Below, one piece after another: positions 26,505 through 41,822 of a stretch of DNA of 64,000 bases. Numbering within the stretch: position 1 is the first letter of the stretch; the number at the start of each line of letters is the position of its first letter. Position numbers and translations under genes: made by a program. Source of the stretch: Octopus sinensis. Lineage: Eukaryota. The notes beneath the pieces were generated by a model. That model saw only the letters and a program-made list of their open reading frames with translations, was not told the DNA's origin and ran no database searches. The stretch covers positions 2,108,001 to 2,172,000 of the forward strand of contig NC_043002.1 of NCBI RefSeq assembly GCF_006345805.1. Direction: 5' to 3'.

Positions 26505-27984
26505 TCGCATATATTTGTTCACTGAACTCATGTCAATATCTCTTCCTCCATTCCTTCCTATCATCCCAGCGATCTCTAAATATACCTGTCTATCTTCCTA
26601 GCTTTCTATTTCACTTATCAAGCAACCTCGCTCGCTATACATTTGTCTCCGTCTCATTAACTACGGAAGCTAACATGCCTTTTTTTTCTTCTCTTCTTGT
26701 AGTTTCCATTTCTGTGTTCTTAATAAAATTTTCAATGTAAACATTTCAAAGTAATTATGGCACACTCCTATCATTCAATGCAAATCTATTGCCGTACGTA
26801 AACGTCTGGAAATGCAATACGCTTTGAATTGAATATTATCGAAAATTAAATATATTTTGTTATATTTTAAATATATTTCATTAACATTTTCAATGATTTC
26901 ATGTACAATAAATATATTTACCACCATTATTGACTTTAAGGATAGAGTCGTATTAATAGCAGTAATATAATGCTACTCATACTCGAAGCAATTACAGTTA
27001 TTATTATTATCATCGTTTTTTTTATTATTATTATTGATTTGACTCAGGTTCGTTCTTATTCCAAATAGAATTTATGTGGGTAGCTGGTTACTGCCCGTAA
27101 CCTAGGGTATCCACAAGCTTTCAATAGTCTTTCAAACGTTTAAAACCTTGCTGATAACCTTTCCTGCCCCTACTAAGCAAACTTTCTCTAGAAGCTCTAC
27201 AGGATATTCTATTCCTATTTCCTTCAGCCATTTCTATATAAGCTATCTTTACTCACAGTTCCCAATGCACCAATTATTACTGACACAACTTTTACAGTTT
27301 TCATACTCCAAATTCTTGCAAATTCAAATTCTAACGGAATTTTTCATCATTAGATTATATATATACATAAATTAAGGCGGTGCTCCAGCATTACCGCAGT
27401 TCTACAACTAAAACCATAAAAATGTTTTGATGGTATGTCTTCGTAAATACATTATCTGCTGATATTTCTACATAAAACGCGGAACTGCCGAACTGTTATT
27501 GAAAAGTCCCCTGTACCGACACAACAGCTGAATCCAGCTTCAGGGATGGCGAAAGGGACAGGAATATTTCCATGAGTGATTCTGAGCTGAGAATCAACAT
27601 TTAGAAATCGGTCACATATGCTACATCTATCTCGCAGAAAGTGTATCACGTTATTCGCCATTCCATCCGGTTGTGCAATTACCACCATTAATTCCAATCT
27701 GATGTCATATACCCGAGCATATTTCCATGGATACAAAGGAGAAATCCTTGATGCAAGTGTTGTGATGAATGAAATATGATTCTGATAGGTTTGTCTACTC
27801 AGTCAAGTCCCGTTTACATCTTTCTACAGTTAAGCATCATCCCTTTCAATTGATAAAACTCGTCTGAATACTTATCACACACTAAAGCACAGTAACGCAT
27901 ACACTCATGAACATATCCACACTTGCGAGCATATGCACGCACTCTCACACATAGGCACGCATACATACCTGCGTGTGTGTGTAC

Positions 27985-28018
<34 letters not shown>

Positions 28019-28095
28019 GTATGTGTGTGTGTGTGTATAATTACATTTTGCATATAGGTACGTGCATATGTATGTATAAATATACATATATAATC

Positions 28096-28598
28096 ATGAT
28101 TGGAAGTGTTATCATGTACATTGTTTTGTCTTGGTATAAAAGATGGGCTACAGCAAATATTCTGCTCAATACCGCAGAGTTGCTTGTCAGTTGTTTGACC
28201 ATAACCAGTTGAGCATGTCCCTTAGTGGCTGACAATATGTGCATCTCTGATCACGAGCAGAAGTAGTGTGGAGCATCATAGCCGTGTGTTGAAAGGAATT
28301 CTTAGAGGTTGGTTAATTCACCTCTGGAAACATGGATGATTCGTTCAACATCCTTAAACAATCCTTATTCAGGGACCTTTTGTGCGGGATGGGTTACTCG
28401 ACCAGGAGAAAATTCTAACTAGGCCCCACCTGCAAGGTCATGCGCTGTTTATGTTGATATGAGATCACCATGTCGCGCACATATGGTTGTGATGCATGTA
28501 CTTGGTGTACCCTTATCAGACGGGTAGTCATGATGGGTATACTGGGTTTCGTATATTTTACCCGTGTCACTTTGACGGCATGCACTACTCTCTCACTC
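28096..28598 (+). mobile_element. About 500-bp non-coding (TAA)n-tailed repeat, copy 2
   Basis: Colinear with 10672-11175. Confidence 0.85.
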
Positions 28599-28620
28599 AA
28601 TAATAATAATAATAATAATC

Positions 28621-30929
<2,309 letters not shown>

Positions 30930-31364
30930 TCATTATAACATTTTTAACTTGACACAAATTTGCAAATATTAAAAGATTTAAAATTTCGAACTTTGTCTTT
31001 CGTTCGTTTTATTTGTTTTAACTGGTTTTTGTTATTTTTGTCGATGCCTCCATTTCTCTTGCAAAGTTACGATCAAAATACATCCGGCCATAATCATCCA
31101 ATCATATTTCCAGAAATCTTAGATTCATGACGACATAATTCCTTTAATATGGCAGTGTGATGTTTGGTTGTTATTTCTAGCAAGTCAGGTATCCATGTAA
31201 AATGATTTCGCCCTACTGTATTCCGGGGATTTCTGAAATACAAACAGGAGAATGGTTACTAAAACTATCAATAAGTTAGACCAACATCCCTAAATAATCC
31301 GAACAAAACGGCCATCCTATGTCGCATACACTTATATCGTAATGTTATGGATTCAACAATTTGT

Positions 31365-31520
31365 AAGAGGGGTTTCTGAAAAGTTCCTGGCTTTCAGGGT
31401 GTCACGAAAGGCTTGGTTGGAGGCCCAAACTTTACAGGGTTTAGAAAATCTGAAGGACTGCTGAAATAGGGCTTCGAAAAACTGAAAGACTGTGTGAATC
31501 TGGAAAGGGAGTAAAATCAT
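31365..31520 (+). mobile_element. Internally deleted mariner remnant
   Basis: TIR-like TAAGAGGGGTTTCTGAAAAGTTCCTGGC (compare 58083-58111), followed by GFEKLKDCVNLE resembling the mariner C-terminus. Confidence 0.4.
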
Positions 31521-31791
31521 GATTAATTGATCTTCCTGTATTTTGCTTTTTTACCCAAAGCCAGGCACCTTTCAGCACACCCCCCTATATATGTACAATT
31601 AATCACCTGCCTAGCTTTCTCTATATCACCCCTCTCTCTCACTCACCTCTCTTTCTCTCTCTCCTCTCTCTTTCTCTATCTCCCCTCTCGCTCTCTCTCT
31701 CTATCTATCTATCTATCTATCTGTCTATCCCACTCATTCTTTTTCTTTGTATGTAAACGTGAGATTGTTCATATCAGTGTCACCTTAAGCG

Positions 31792-31833
<42 letters not shown>

Positions 31834-32181
31834 GTTATCATCACAGTATCGAACAACATTGCATGCGAGTGAAACTCTTTATGACGTGGGAGATTTTAAG
31901 TATTCGATCGATACAGATCGATAAAATAACCATCAGACGAAAGTATTGGAACTGTAATAACCGACTGCAGGTCTGACGGCGAGGTTCGAGGTAGGACTGC
32001 CGTCCAGTGACTGGAACCTATTCTCTATATTTGCATATCTCCAGCTATTGTACAGATTCATATCTACATATATATGTAAATATATATTCGTACATGGAGC
32101 TTGAGTATGTATATATACGCATATATGTGTATGCGTATATATATATATATGTGTGTGTGTGTACGTATGTGTACATATATG

Positions 32182-32293
<112 letters not shown>

Positions 32294-32503
32294 ATATATA
32301 TATATATATATATTTAAGTAGTTGAATGAATTATCTTAGTATGGATAATTCGGTTAACCGATACCTGGGTAGCAAATTCACGTCAGAAAAACACGGTTGA
32401 AGCTACATGCCAAGGGCAGAGATCACGTGCTTTCGTGTAGAAATTTGTGTATTTTTTAATACAAATAAATGAAAGAATGGAGTTGAACGACGATTTAACA
32501 AAA

Positions 32504-32602
32504 TTCCTTTATTCTCGACATATGTTTCGAAGGCTGCATATTCCTAATTTCGAAGGAATAAGGGGTGCATTATGCCGCCTTCTCATCAGGAAAAACAAGG
32601 AA
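32504..32602 (-). ncRNA. Type I hammerhead ribozyme (left arm)
   Basis: Exact mirror of 32729-32827. Confidence 0.88.
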
Positions 32603-32728
32603 CTTATGTCAGCATCAAGATGAACAAAAGCTCTTAGATGACTGCCCACACGGAGCCATTCATTATCGCTATGGGCTCCGTGTGGGCAGTCATCTAAGAG
32701 CTTTTGTTCATCTTGATGCTGACATAAG

Positions 32729-32827
32729 TTCCTTGTTTTTCCTGATGAGAAGGCGGCATAATGCACCCCTTATTCCTTCGAAATTAGGAATATGCAGCCT
32801 TCGAAACATATGTCGAGAATAAAGGAA
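32729..32827 (+). ncRNA. Type I hammerhead ribozyme (right arm), intact core
   Basis: Stem I TTCCTT-GT-TTTTC / GAGAA-TA-AAGGAA; CTGATGA 32742-32748; stem II GAAGGC/GCCTTC extended by GCATA/TATGC and TTCCT/AGGAA; GAAA 32803-32806; palindromic stem III ACATATGT; GTC site ending at 32814. Confidence 0.88.
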
Positions 32828-32869
32828 TTTTGTTAAATCGTCGTTCAACTCCATTCTTTCATTTATTTG

Positions 32870-32968
<99 letters not shown>

Positions 32969-32972
32969 GTAT

Positions 32973-33080
32973 GTGAAGGTGCATGGCTCAATGGTTTGGG
33001 CGTCAGGATCAGAATCATGAGCTAGTGAGTTCGATTCCCGGACCGAGCTGTGCTGTGTTCTTGAGCAAATCACTTTATTT
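32973..33080 (+). mobile_element. SINE family B head, truncated
   Basis: GTGAAGGTGCATGGCTCAATGG...GAGTTCGATTCC...CTTGAGCAAATCACTTTATTTC. Confidence 0.65.
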
Positions 33081-33989
33081 CGTTGATGTTTATTTTCGTT
33101 CTCCATTTTCTTGGTGATCCAAAGCATGCGAGATACGAACTATCTCGCGCCAATTTAGCGATAAAGTGTCAAGTATCGAACGAGGTGCATGCGCATGGTA
33201 CAGACAGAAGTTAGCTACTCAATACAGTGCTTGAAGTTTATTTTCGACAAAAATCGAACGGACTTTTCCGCCAATCCAATATATGGACGTACTGTAGAAT
33301 ATTCTTTGACCATAAATATGATGCAGGAACAATACAGAAATTCTGATTCCATTCAGAAGAAACTATTTAAAATTTCTCACTCGTAAATTTTGATTCTTTT
33401 GTTTCAATATTCTACAACACTTCTTTATGTTTGATGAAGAATTTCGGATTCAAATAATGTAAAACGTCTTCATTTATTTTGCATTCGGTGCCGTTCCTGC
33501 AGAATAATATTTATTCTTATCCGAAATCTAGTTTTTCAATCTTATTATAAATAAGAATACGTTACTTACATTACCGATATTGCTTAGGTTAATTAACTTT
33601 GCTAAAGCTATGACTGGAATTAATGTTTTCAAGACAGGCCTGAAAATCCGCGTTCGTACATCCACCCTAAGATAACCCTATTTCTATTTAAATATCCGTA
33701 AATACTCCTTTTTGTGTGTGTATTCATTCAGTTTTCACTTGAAGGTAATTCCCTGATTTAGGAGAAGGTCACATGAAGGGTGATGACCTTCTGACCAATA
33801 ACCAGCCGCAGCCACGGAATTGCTATTGTTTGTTTATAGGGAGAGCTTGATCTAGTTTCAAGAATTGATTTCGGGCATTAATATATCTACCTTGAATTTC
33901 TTAACTGTGAAATTCAAGCTTGAATCGATTATGCTACTTATATGGAAAATATAGCAAAGCCTCCAATTATACCAAGAAATATTCGAGCG

Positions 33990-34700
33990 ATCTGAAAAAA
34001 TATTGAAAAATATATTTCGTTAAATGATTTGGCTTCTCACCAAATAAACAGATTTTTTAGAATCACCAAACCTATTAAACGAAGTATTGGCTAATAGCAA
34101 TTTTAAGATATACTACATTAACAATGAACGTAAAAATAAGAAGTATGGCTCTATACAAATTATCTGGTATAACACGCCATTTAATATGGAAGTGGGCATA
34201 CTTGTTGATAAAAATCTGCTTTACCCCAGAAGCATTTCCCGGCAGAGCATAAATATGATAATATCTCTAACAGGAATACTGTAAAACTCCTAACCACGTG
34301 CAGCACATTACATCTTCGAATATAGCTAAACTGACAATCATAATACAACTCATGTTGATGGCAGCTAATTGAGACTGTACTAAAAGGAATGACCGTATTC
34401 TTAGATGGAAATTGCCTAATAAATGATTTATTGTATAAGTGTATAGTTAACACCTACACATACAATAGATCTTACATAGGTATAAAAACCAACAGGTTTC
34501 AGCTTTCCATTTCGAGAGCCGGTTATGAGGAATACAGCAAATATTTCGGCTTATATCTGAAAATGGAAAACATCGATTTACACAACTGCTTTCGTTGCTG
34601 GACCAGTGATTGTAGCACAGTTACTAATCTAGAAATGTACACTAAATTTATGAATAAACGATACACAACTCTTTGGATATAAAAATGCATCAAATTATAA
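33990..34700 (+). mobile_element. Penelope-like element remnant (linker + GIY-YIG endonuclease)
   Basis: IIWYNTPFN, KHFPAEHKYDNISNRNTVKL, LDGNCLINDLLYKCIV...SYIGIKTNRF match PLE linker, CCHH and GIY-YIG motifs. Confidence 0.75.
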
Positions 34701-34710
34701 AATTTAAACT

Positions 34711-35105
34711 AGGCGTAGGAGTGGCTGTGTGGTAAGTAGCTTGCTTACGAACCACATGGAACCTTGGGCAAGTGTCTTCTACCATAGCCTCGGGGCGACC
34801 AAAGCCTTGTTAGTGGATTTGGTAGACGGAAACTGGAAGAAGCCCAAAGTATATAAGTATATATATATATATATATGTGTGTCGTGTGTATGTTTGTGTG
34901 TCTGTGTTTGTCTCCCCCCCCAACATCGCTTGACAACCGATGCTGGTGTATTTACCCCCCGTCACTTAGCAGTTCGACAAAAGAGACCGACAGATTAAGT
35001 ACTAGGCTTACAAAGAATAAGTCTTGCGGTCGATTTGCTTGACTAAAGGCGGTGCTCCAGCATGGCCACAGTCAAATGACTGAAACAAGTACAAGAGTAA
35101 AAGAG
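34711..35105 (+). mobile_element. tRNA-derived SINE family A
   Basis: Head, body and tail as at 24001-24700. Confidence 0.88.
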
Positions 35106-35149
35106 CATATAACCGATAACCATTTTTTGTTCATGAAACCCGCGCAGAA

Positions 35150-35268
35150 GTTTGCTTCTCAACCAAGTGGTTTCGGGTTCACCTTAGGCAAGTGTCTTAC
35201 GATATACACTTGGGTCGATCGAAGACTTATGAGTGGATGTGGTGGGTATAAATTAAAAGAAGACCACC

Positions 35269-35306
<38 letters not shown>

Positions 35307-35550
35307 TGTGTGTGCGTGTGTGTGTGTTAAGGTGTGTGCAATTTTGTGTTTGTATTTGCATCCCACCATCTGACAACTGACGTTGGTTTGTTTATGTCCC
35401 ATTAAACTAGCAGGTCGGGAAAGAGAAAACGATAGAATAAGTACCAGGCTTTTAAGAAATAGGTGGTAGGGTCGATTTATTCAGCTAAACCCTTCAAAGG
35501 GCTGCCCCAGCATGACCACACCCCAATAACTGAAAGAAGTAGAATATGAA
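35150..35550 (+). mobile_element. SINE family A, older degenerate copy
   Basis: TTAGGCAAGTGTCTT, GATAGAATAAGTACCAGGC, CCCCAGCATGACCACA...TAACTGAAAGAAGTAGAA. Confidence 0.6.
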
Positions 35551-35569
35551 AGATACAAAACACATACGC

Positions 35570-35608
<39 letters not shown>

Positions 35609-35807
35609 TGTATGTGTGTGTGTCTGTGCGCACGCGCATGTGTGTGTGCTTCCAGTAATGTGAAGATTTATTTTCCCTTTCTCGCCAGTTGTGCAGCACT
35701 GTTGTAGTAAATACAGTTTTAGTTTTGACAGCCACCGTTTAACATTTTACATATGTTTTGTTTAAACGAGTACAATGTATCACTCCGACAATTTTCTAGA
35801 ATCTATT

Positions 35808-36090
<283 letters not shown>

Positions 36091-36899
36091 TTCAAATTAT
36101 GACTAATTTTTGTAAAAAAGAAACTGATGGTATGATTTCGTTCCAGTTTTGTAGGGAGATTCTTTTTTTCTTTCGAGTATTTTCCATTGTTTAATAACGA
36201 TATAAGGAATATTCCGTAATGCTATTTCCTGGTGAAATTCCTTTTTCTTTTTAAACTTTGTTTTCTTCTAGTTTTACGAACTATTGTGGAATGAAAAAGG
36301 ATGTTGTCAGTCTGAAATTGTTTGGAAGACGTCATTGTAGAATGTTCCAGTAAGATGGAACTATTAATAGCAGCTTTTGTCTTTCCTTTCTTCTTTTTAT
36401 GCCAAGAAGCGTTTATATTATTAGAGATGTTATGGTGATGCCATGTTATTTAAATAGCATTCCAGCCATTGTAAAGACGAACGTTTTCGCATTGGGATTT
36501 CACTTACGAGCAATCTTTAAACAAATAAAATTGGTGATTGGAACCATGTGTGTTTAAGTTGATACATTCAGAAATAACGACATCTACTTATATTTAGTCG
36601 CTCGGAAAATATTTGTCGCAAATTTTGCAAATTTAGACTATCAAAATGTTTTTTGTCATTCTTGTCGAAAAGTAGGAAATTAAAGTAAATTTCCTGAACA
36701 TAAATTGACTGTGAAAAGTGAATCATACCATTTGATGATTACAGCGAAAAACTTTGGTAAGTTGTGGAGGGAGAGAGATTTCTACGCCGTTGTTCGACTG
36801 GTGCAATGCAAAAGACAAAACTGTCTTAACAAATTATGTGCTATCTCTATAATGGAGACTGATTTTTATGCAGCAAACTTTCAGAAAGCTGTCTTCGGA

Positions 36900-38330
36900 A
36901 AGCATGACACAGAAAGAAGAAAAACGAATAATATCTTTTATTCGAACACTTTCCTGTTACGGTTTGCTTCACACAAAGACAGTCTCGCATCAGTTGTTCC
37001 ATACAGTTTACAATGAGGAACAGATTTGGAATTTTAAGCATTTAAAGATTATTTTCGTCTGATTGTTTTGTTTCAATAGAATTTTGGAAATTCTCTGATT
37101 ATGAATCTCTGGGAGCAATTTCCGATCTGCCCCCCTTTTCATTCCATTACCGTAATATAAGCATTGTTGGTCAACGGACACATTGCCACACACAATTGCA
37201 GATACAGTGAAAAAGAATATGTTGCAACATTCATAGGTTGTTTGTATCAAAGTAACGTTTCTGCCTCCTTGTTTAAATTCTAGAATAAATATGGTCAGAA
37301 CCACTTGTGATGTGGAAATATATTGTAGACATTTCTGGGATTCTACCAGAATGCTTGCAGGGAAAACATTGATTTACTCTTATACAATAAACTTCATGAA
37401 ATATACGTTCCCTGCCGTTTAATATTCTCTAACCCGGCCGCCCTTGTTGTATTTTTTATATTCCTCATCATGGTCAAAGAAATAATTTGACTATAGGTTG
37501 ATATTAACGCACTGTAGTTTTTTCCCTCGTTTTACAATAAGATAGGAACACTTAATTGAACGAAACTCCATCCCATTCTCTTCTACATCTGTTGTAACTA
37601 GGCGAAGGTTCTTCACCATGTAATAGATATTTTCGTAATACTCCTTCATGTCGGCAATCGATTTCTAAGAATCGTATTCTTATCACCAAAACAATCAGGT
37701 GTCCACTACCAATATAAATAATCTCAAAGGCAAATTGTCACCTAAAAATTGATCCCTGCGATGAATAATCTTTCCCGTCTCAAAGAAATCATTTTCTTAT
37801 TGACTCGATGCCAGTCCGTTATGGCACGTGACGTCATTGTTGTAGATTTCTACGCTTTATTTACAAGAATATGTTGTTTGGTTATAACAATAACGCTTAG
37901 GAAAATATTCACCCTTGTATACTATATGTTGAACGCAGTCTATGTTAAGTTTCCACTGTAAAATAATTCAGTATTTTTAACGAGGTTTTTCCCATTATAC
38001 TTTCTTTCCAACTAATCACACATCAGAGTCATGTCTTGCAATTTTACAATAATTACATTATTATTGTGATGGTAGCTTCAAGAAAAAAAGTGTTTAAACT
38101 TGTTTAGCTTTTCCGATGATGCCTTTTTTGAGATTAACATGAATTTCGTTGTCGTGAGCGGTTGTGCAGTTTGATGAGACATTTTGTGGTGTAGCAACTT
38201 TAGCTCAAACGTAAATTACACAATGATCGGGAATCTTTCTTCAGTGGATATGATCAGAGGAATAAGCTGTTTATTTGAGGATTTATTCGTCGAATTTATT
38301 CTGGGGACTCCTTGAATATTCTCAATAAAT
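36900..38330 (-). mobile_element. Degenerate Penelope-like RT-linker remnant
   Basis: Fragmented motifs on the minus strand: IGKAKQV (GxISK), DVT..NG (FDVTMGSxDG-like), CNC...CPL. Confidence 0.4.
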
Positions 38331-38539
38331 AGCCTCGCAAGCTAGGCGAGACTATACATATATATGGATATGTATATGCATATATATATGTGTGTGTGTG
38401 TGTGCGTGAGCGCACGCGTGTGTGTGAGTGTGTGTATGTATGTATGTATGTATGTATGTATGTAGGTGCAAAAATGTGTATCGTCTCTAGAAAACATAAA
38501 CCCGAAAGAAGAAGCATGCTCTAAGATGTAGAGCCGTAT

Positions 38540-39085
38540 ATATTAAAAATGGGGAAGACCGGTTTATGGGATTAGCTTAAGTTTCCCGTCCATAAGGGGT
38601 TAATTTGATGGCGTATCATCAGATCCCCAAAACCTGTTGGCCCAAGACTTCTTAATAATATGGAGGAGGAAGTGCCACACAGCTCAAAGGGAACAATTGG
38701 GGATTATCCCCCTTTGCTATTAACTATCGACATCCAGCTGTGCCACAAACTGGTGGGTTCCAAAAAGCTAGCAAGACACTCCTGAAATGTAAACGTTCCC
38801 TGGTTCCGGTTAGGATTCTCACGCGTTCGGATATGCATAACTTACAACGCTTCTTCCAGTTGATATGGGGGCTTTGGTACTCGAGGATTTTCCATGAGAT
38901 CGAGTATTGAATCTCATTGTCTCTTAGTTGCCAGACGTGGCTGGCCAGTGAAGCTACGTATCTCCTTTCCAGAACTCTGAAGAAGAACCTGTAGTTGGAG
39001 AGACGTTGCATGAAATTGTTCCCGATCATCCAATACATCTCCGTGGGCGTGTATCGTCGGTGCTGTATCTGTATCTGCTGTAGTT
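38540..39085 (-). mobile_element. PLE 3' end (GIY-YIG C-terminus + pseudo-LTR with HHR-like motif)
   Basis: SLASHVWQLRDNEIQYSISWKILE...KRCKLCISERVRIL; CTGATGA (38616-38622) and GAAA (38582-38585) on the minus strand with stem I GGGAT/ATCCC. Confidence 0.8.
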
Positions 39086-39419
39086 GTTGTTGTTGTTGCT
39101 GTTGCCACAGACATCGTTGTTGCTGGAGCTGGGACTGCTGGCGTTGGCGTCGCTGCGGGTGGGGGCGGCGTCGGTAATGGTATCGCCACTTTCAATTATG
39201 GTGAAGGCGCTGTTGTTGTGTTATGTCGCACGTTCGGATGACCTCTACACCACCCAAATCTCTTCTGTCAACTACCTCTATATCTACTATTGGGCCTATT
39301 TCATCGTCTGGGGCCGTCCACACAACATGTTACTGTAGTCCTCGTCATTGGTGGATGAGTTGTCATTGCTGCTAAGGGTGTCATTATCCGTGGTTCCGCT
39401 GGTGTTTCTGCTAGGGCCG

Positions 39420-39815
39420 CAATACCAGCAGATACGGATACAGCAATGACAACACACACCTACAGAGATACATTGCATGTTCCGGGAACTCTTTCAAGCA
39501 ACGCGTAAGAATCTTAAAGGATCACTCGAACCAGGGAACATCTTTAACTCCAGAACGGAGATTTTCGGGCCATGTTTACATTTCAGAAGGTTCCTGCTAG
39601 CTTTTTGGAGCCCACAAGATAGTGGTACAGCCGGATGTCGATAGCTGATAGCAAAGGGAAATAATACCCAAGTGTTTCCTTTGAATAGTAAGGGACTTCC
39701 TCGTCCATACTTTTAAGACGTCTTGGGACAACAAGTTTTGGGGATCTGACGATACGCCATAAAGTTAAACCCTCTCTGGACGCGAAACCTAAGGTGATCC
39801 CATAAACCGGCCTTC
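39420..39815 (+). mobile_element. PLE 3' end, inverted diverged partner of 38540-39085, internally deleted, with HHR-like motif
   Basis: YIACSGNSFKQR joined to VRILKG...NSRTEIFGPCLHFRRFLL; CTGACGA 39746-39752, GAAA 39784-39787, stem I GGGAT/ATCCC. Confidence 0.78.
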
Positions 39816-39850
39816 TCCATTTTCGATATACATACATACATACATACATA

Positions 39851-39922
<72 letters not shown>

Positions 39923-39956
39923 TATATACACACACACACACACATACACACACACG

Positions 39957-40022
<66 letters not shown>

Positions 40023-40747
40023 TACATATTTACATGTATGCAAGTGTGCACGTCTGTTCTTTAAGAGTGTATGAAACTCATTATCGTCGGGTGTTACACT
40101 GATATTGGCTTCTCACATTTCGAAATATTAATGTCTCCAATCGAGAAGGAACACGTTTGTGCGTCTGTTTCAAAATAACTTGGGGGAAATATAGAATATG
40201 TTTGCTCTTAATCGAAATAAGGAGGAATTACAACCGTGTTTCGTGGTCTGCTACCACAACAGCTCCTTTATAGGATCCAGTTAGCTCAAGACATCATCAG
40301 GAGGAACCATGTCCTGTTTCGGCCCCTACTCCTCTACCGTTTTGACGTGGCGCCTCCCTCCCTTTCGGTGGTGTCTTCAGCTCTGGTGTTGGGTGCATGT
40401 CTTCTTTCTTCTTCTTTCTTCTGTTCCTTGGCCTCTTCGATGTAGCGTCAGCGAGTGTCAACCGGTGACTGACTGTCTTGTCAAATTTTTCCCATTAAAT
40501 ACCTGGAAAAAATTACAGATAAAAATGTTAAGAATAATTCAAACTCATTCATGAATATGCATCTCGGTTTGTGTGCATTGCATTATAACATTTCTACAAC
40601 TAGGATTAAGTATATACGAGAGGAAAACGCAAATTAAATCCCTCCTCGCATATATAAATATGTGTGTGTATGCGCGCGCGTCTGTCTATGTCTGTGAATT
40701 AATATCTATATATATGCATGTGATTTATATATATATGTATATATATA

Positions 40748-40835
<88 letters not shown>

Positions 40836-41367
40836 TATATAATTATAACAAAGAGGGTCTTTGCAACAGGTTGCTAGACCACATACCGAAAGTATTAGAA
40901 ATAGCAGCCAGAGGACTGTTATTTCTTTTACTACAAATATATGTCTCCACAGACAACAGTATTTGTAACTCATTATGTGGCAAAAAAAGAAGAAAAATAA
41001 CGAAATCAAACAGTCCACGTACGTTTCTGGATTATAATCAAAGATTCATTTCCTTTATCAACATAATATTCCGGTAAATAAATCTAGAAATGCTAGGAAA
41101 TCTTACCCTCCATATTTCCGACCAGGCGACATCGGGGCATACAGAAGCTAATCAGCATATCCACATTTATATAGACAAGTGAATTCGTATTGTCCTCCAG
41201 AATTATTTTTCTTCTTTTTTTGCCACATAATGAGTTACAAATACTGTTGGCTGTGGAGATATATTTTTGTAGTAAAAGAAATAACAGTCCTCTGGCTGCT
41301 ATTTCTAATACTTTCGGTTTGTGGTCTAGCAACTCGTTGCAAAGACCCTCTTTGTTATAATTATATA
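40836..41367. repeat. Inverted repeat, about 160-bp arms, about 200-nt spacer, left arm abutting (TA)n
   Basis: 40841-41000 versus the reverse complement of 41203-41362, about 94-95% identical. Confidence 0.92.
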
Positions 41368-41457
41368 AACTTTTACCGAATATGGTCCTTTTCCATACCG
41401 AAATACTACCTGGTGAAATTTGTTGATTTTATTAAATTAATTATATTTCACCCTTTA

Positions 41458-41512
<55 letters not shown>

Positions 41513-41680
41513 GTAAAATATGAAAAATCAACGAAAATGCATATTGCAAATAGAAAAAGGCTATTTAAGACAGGTAACGACAAATCTATACATTTAGATT
41601 GACTGAGGTAGTAATACGAGTCATAAAAGTGATTATTATGAGATGATTATAAGATGATAATAAAGTAAGAGAAGAAAACG

Positions 41681-41782
41681 AAAAATATGGAACGCTTCAT
41701 GAATTTGCGTGTCATCCTTGCGCAGGCGCCATGCTAAACTTCTCTGTAGCGTTCCAATTTTAGCATATGTACTGCCGAAGCG
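41681..41782 (-). pseudogene. RNU6: U6 snRNA pseudogene/retrocopy (lacks first about 5 nt and promoter)
   Basis: CGCTTCGGCAGTACATATGCTAAAATTGGAACGCTACAGAGAAGTTTAGCATGGCGCCTGCGCAAGGATGACACGCAAATTCATGAAGCGTTCCATATTTTT; ACAGAGA box intact; about 6 substitutions versus the canonical metazoan U6. Confidence 0.93.
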
Positions 41783-41822
41783 CAAGGATGACACGCAAAT
41801 TCATGAAGCGTTCCATATTTTT
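41780..41822 (+). pseudogene. RNU6: U6 3'-half fragment (inverted duplicate)
   Basis: GCGCAAGGATGACACGCAAATTCATGAAGCGTTCCATATTTTT. Confidence 0.9.

Larger units (their letters stand above)
32459..32872. repeat. Perfect 199-bp inverted repeat with 16-nt spacer
   Basis: 32459-32657 is the exact reverse complement of 32674-32872 (checked base by base). Confidence 0.97.

Noticed and set aside
32509-32822. Twin 85-aa ORFs on opposite strands
   Set aside because: A direct consequence of the palindrome; no protein features.
41681-41782. Functional U6 gene
   Set aside because: The 5' nucleotides and upstream PSE/TATA are replaced by the inverted duplicate, and there are several substitutions.
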